NCBI GenBank assembly: GCA_965261545.1
Contig: CBDHDF010000010.1
Coordinates: forward strand, 1,043,389 to 1,107,388
Length of the DNA: 64,000 nt
DNA from: Bdellovibrionales bacterium
GTDB taxonomy: Bacteria > Bdellovibrionota > Bdellovibrionia > Bdellovibrionales > UBA1609
Reading direction: 5' to 3'
Below the pieces are notes generated by a model, which was not told the origin of the DNA, did no database searches, and worked only from the letters and a program-made list of their open reading frames with translations. Each line of letters begins with the position of its first letter. Positions within the stretch are counted from its first letter, which is position 1. Of this stretch, positions 60,664 to 64,000 are shown in pieces. The position numbers and the translations under genes were made by a program.

Positions 60664-60975
60664 CCCGAGTTTGACAGAAGCATTTGCGTCAAACATGTAG
60701 TATCAAGTACTTAACGCACACAGTTGTTTTTTGTGCCACCACAAATCGGAGGATCAGACTGAATGCGTTATTTTGAGCCTGCTTTTTTCTACCTACATGG
60801 TTGAATCTCCCCACACTTGAGTAATTTGGGAGGAATAGCCCGCCCTGTGGCTCGAAATAAGGCCGCTGCATTACCGGCAATATCTGTGCGTACCCACACG
60901 GTACGATGACCTATTTTAACAGGTATAGCTTTGACCTCCCGTAATTCCTTCATAGCTTCCACTATGGTCAAGGCC
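60664..60975 (-). mobile_element. 3' end of a second, diverged IS1634-family element
   Basis: TIR CCCGAGTTTGACAGAAGCATTTGCGTCAAAC; ORF fragment TIVEAMKELREVKAIPVK homologous to the IS1634 C-terminus. Confidence 0.88.
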
Positions 60976-61289
60976 CAATGCCGTTTCCTTAAGCCACCAC
61001 ACCCCTCTGCCTCTGCGTTAAGCTATTTCTTTTAAAAGAACTCCCAGCCCTTTTGATAGACCTTTCATAGCTTCTTTTGAAGTGCCTCCTCTTCTCCATT
61101 GAAATCTTCATCAGCAACTTTATCTGCTTCCTAAATTTCTGATAGAGCCCCGCAACAAAAAGGGGGATGCTATCCATTATGAAATCAAGAATCAGTTTAA
61201 AGTTAGGTTTTTTGTAGTCATTTTTTACCAACTGATTCACACTGTCTTCATCCTCATTTATGCTCATTTGAATCTTTGTATAATTGAAG
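60976..61289 (-). mobile_element. 3' fragment of the IS4-family element found at 61647-63063
   Basis: Reverse complement of about 62750-63063, including TIR CAATGCCGTTTCCTTAAG. Confidence 0.9.
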
Positions 61290-61299
61290 TGTACAATTG

Positions 61300-61646
61300 G
61301 TTACGGTAGGAATGCGTGTTGCCACGCACCCCCCGCACAGATCCGGACGTGCTCGTTAAAGCATCCGGCTCCTACTTCAGGTGGTACCGCATAGCGAACC
61401 TATCTGTTGGCCACGGGTGGCGTATGGATATACGAGGCCAGAATAGACGAATCATTCTATCCAACCTCTTCCACGAGAATCTCCGTCCACGCTGTGAGCG
61501 TCGTCGGATGGCTTTCATCCAAGCACTCCTGATTGCGCAAATAAATTTTCGTAGGTACACCGTACTTCCTGGAACCGCAAAATAATTGAGCCAGCCTTTG
61601 ATGACCAAACCCAACCACTTTGCACATTCCGCTAGGTCCCTCGTGT
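61300..61646 (-). mobile_element. Group II intron 3' fragment (maturase domain X, domains V and VI)
   Basis: GWLNYF..RRRSQR..HPWP ORF; domain V GAGCCGGATGC...GCACGTCCGGATC; domain VI ending CCGTAAC. Confidence 0.88.
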
Positions 61647-63063
61647 CAATGCCGTTTCCTTAAGAAAAATCTCTTGAAATTATTAGATAAATCGACAAGA
61701 ATAAGACTTGTTTTATTTTACACCCAACCCTCAACCAAGGAGTAAGTCACATGCAATCCAATATTGATCTCGAAAGCCCCCAAATGACGAGTTCGCGTCA
61801 CAGATGACCATTTTATTCTACCAAAACTTGATTCTTCCTTCAAGCCAGAGCACCTTGTCGATCCAGAAAAACAAAAAAGGAATCGAAAATTTAATCCTCA
61901 AATTTTCTTTTTTACTATTATCTATCTTATTTCCGGAACAAATTACGAAGGCTACCAAATCGCTCTTAAGACGGTATGGACTCATTTTGGTGACCTGCTT
62001 CTCATGCCAGTCAAAAGCAGTCTCAGCAAGATACGTCAAAGTATTTCTTACCTATTTTTTAAAAATATCTTTGAATCTCTGATTACAGACTACGAACCAT
62101 TGAGAAAAACGTTTCATGGCTTTTATATCTATGCCATAGATGGCGACCAATTAGCACTTCCTCGCTCTAAAGATCTTTTAAAGGAGGGTTATTGTGGGTA
62201 CCCTTGCCCAAATGAGATGGAAACTCATTTCTTACGTATGTATCTATCTCATGCTTATGACGTTTTATCGGGTGTGACAAAGAATCTTTGCTTTTCTCCC
62301 GCTCTCAACGAAATCGCCAATGCTATTCAAATGATAGGTAGTTTTGAGAGTAATAGCATAACTCTCTACGATAGGCTTTATTTATCTACAGAGATTATTA
62401 AGGCCCATGCTCAAGCCAGTAACTTCTTTATTGCGCGTTGTAAGCGAGGCTCTACTTTTATCCCCATCGTAAATTTATTTAATGGCCCAGGTTGGTATTC
62501 ACAAATGGTTATTGAGGGGGTGGTCATTCATCTCTATAAGTATAAAAACCCAAAGACTGGGGAGTTCTCTGTTTTGGCCACTAATCTTCCGCATGGCTCC
62601 TTGGACAAGAAGGATATGGTTGCTCTTTACTCTCGTCGTTGGGAAATAGAAACGACATTTCGTGATTTTACATCGACAATGAAAATGGAGCAGTGGCACT
62701 CAACAAGCCTTAATGGAATATTGCAAGAGCTGTATTCTTATTTTTGGCTCTTCAATTATACAAAGATTCAAATGAGCATAAATGAGGATGAAGACAGTGT
62801 GAATCAGTTGGTAAAAAATGACTACAAAAAACCTAACTTTAAACTGATTCTTGATTTCATAATGGATAGCATCCCCCTTTTTGTTGCGGGGCTCTATCAG
62901 AAATTTAGGAAGCAGATAAAGTTGCTGATGAAGATTTCAATGGAGAAGAGGAGGCACTTCAAAAGAAGCTATGAAAGGTCTATCAAAAGGGCTGGGAGTT
63001 CTTTTAAAAGAAATAGCTTAACGCAGAGGCAGAGGGGTGTGGTGGCTTAAGGAAACGGCATTG
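61647..63063 (+). mobile_element. IS4-family (IS4-like ends) element, 1417 bp; transposase start unclear or disrupted
   Basis: 18-bp TIR CAATGCCGTTTCCTTAAG; ORF to 63050 with AIDGD, LYDRLY and YSRRWEIETTFR; no TSD. Confidence 0.88.
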
Positions 63064-63684
63064 CCACATGGACAGAGTGTCGGGCTATGTTTACCAAGAA
63101 AGGGACGGAGGTGAGAAGGCAAATCAACAACATTAACCAAGCTATACCTTTTAAACTACTGGCCATGAACTCAGACTCAGGAAGTGAGTTCTTAAACAAG
63201 CCTGTCCTTCAATTCACCCAATTATCTAACATCAAGTTCACTCGTTCTCGCCCCTACAAAAAGAATGACAACTGCTACATTGAGCAAAAAAACTTCACCC
63301 ACGTCAGAGAATTGTTTGGCTATGAGAGGTTTGAAGATCCAAGGCTAGTTCCTTTAATGAATGACATTTATAAAAACCACTGGAGTCCCCTCCAGAACTT
63401 CTTTCTCCCCACATTTAAACTTCAGGAAAAGGTACGAGTGGGAGCCAGAATCAAGAAAAAGTATGGCACCCCTAAGACTCCCTATCAGAGAGTTATTGAA
63501 AGTGGGGTATTAAACCATGAGGAGGCGTAAAGCTGAACTCAACCCCTTTGAGCTAAAGAGGGGACTTGAACTAAAACTTAAAGAGTTTTTCAAATTAGTA
63601 CGACAGGAAAATATCAAGGAGGTGGCATAAGATGAGCAAAATGACAAACCGCTCCTTGGTGTCGTTTACTTATGACCCAATACG
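63064..63684 (+). mobile_element. 3' fragment of an rve/integrase-core transposase element
   Basis: SDSGSEF and FTRSRPYKKNDNCYIEQKN; premature stop at 63530. Confidence 0.75.
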
Positions 63685-64000
63685 GAGCACCTTGTCGATC
63701 CAGAAAAACAAAAAAGGAATCGAAAATTTAATCCTCAAATTTTCTTTTTTACCATTATCTATCTTATTTCAGGAACAAATTACGAAGGCTACCAAATCGC
63801 TCTTAAGACGGTATGGACTTATTTTGGTGACCTGCTTCTCATGCCAGTCAAAAGCAGTCTCAGCAAGATACGTCAAAGTATTTCTTACCTATTTTTCAAA
63901 GATATCTTTGAATCTCTGATTACAGACTACGAACCATTGAGAAAAACGTTTCATGGTTTTTATATCTATGCCATAGATGGCGACCAATTAGCACTTCCTC
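63685..64000 (+). mobile_element. Third partial copy of the IS4-family element, running off the window
   Basis: Near-identical to the sequence from about 61848 onward. Confidence 0.88.

Overview
About 37% of this AT-rich bacterial window is insertion sequence. The gene content (FQNC-type lipoprotein, Tad/Flp pilin, sigma54/sigma28 promoter motifs) suggests Bdellovibrionota, but that is inference. The host backbone carries: an MltD-like lytic transglycosylase, flgG-like and flgM genes, outer-membrane proteins, a class III nucleotide cyclase, leuS, an mtnP-mtnA-class II aldolase salvage cluster, tRNA-Arg(TCT), exbBD-doxX-thiBPQ, trmL, a 5'-nucleotidase, ftsEX-envC-ctpA, phoBR-like genes and lysR. 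The mobile DNA comprises four near-identical 1913-bp IS1634-family copies (two intact, two interrupted), two IS256 copies, two different IS21 elements plus a remnant, an IS4-family element with a passenger gene, and a terminal pile-up of IS1634-like, IS4, rve-transposase and group II intron fragments. The most striking signals are: (1) a 98-bp hairpin with DnaA-box motifs, shared by two otherwise dissimilar IS21 elements, whose stem changes preserve pairing only on the strand antisense to istAB; (2) IS1634 target duplications of 322, 256 and 40 bp that each leave the hit host genes intact; (3) long structured non-coding cargo plus small membrane-protein ORFs inside the IS256 and IS4 elements; (4) two unrelated IS families inserted at the same spot of the IS1634 transposase; (5) an MTA phosphorylase with a roughly 230-aa C-terminal extension. 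All calls come from reading the sequence; no database searches or folding programs were run.
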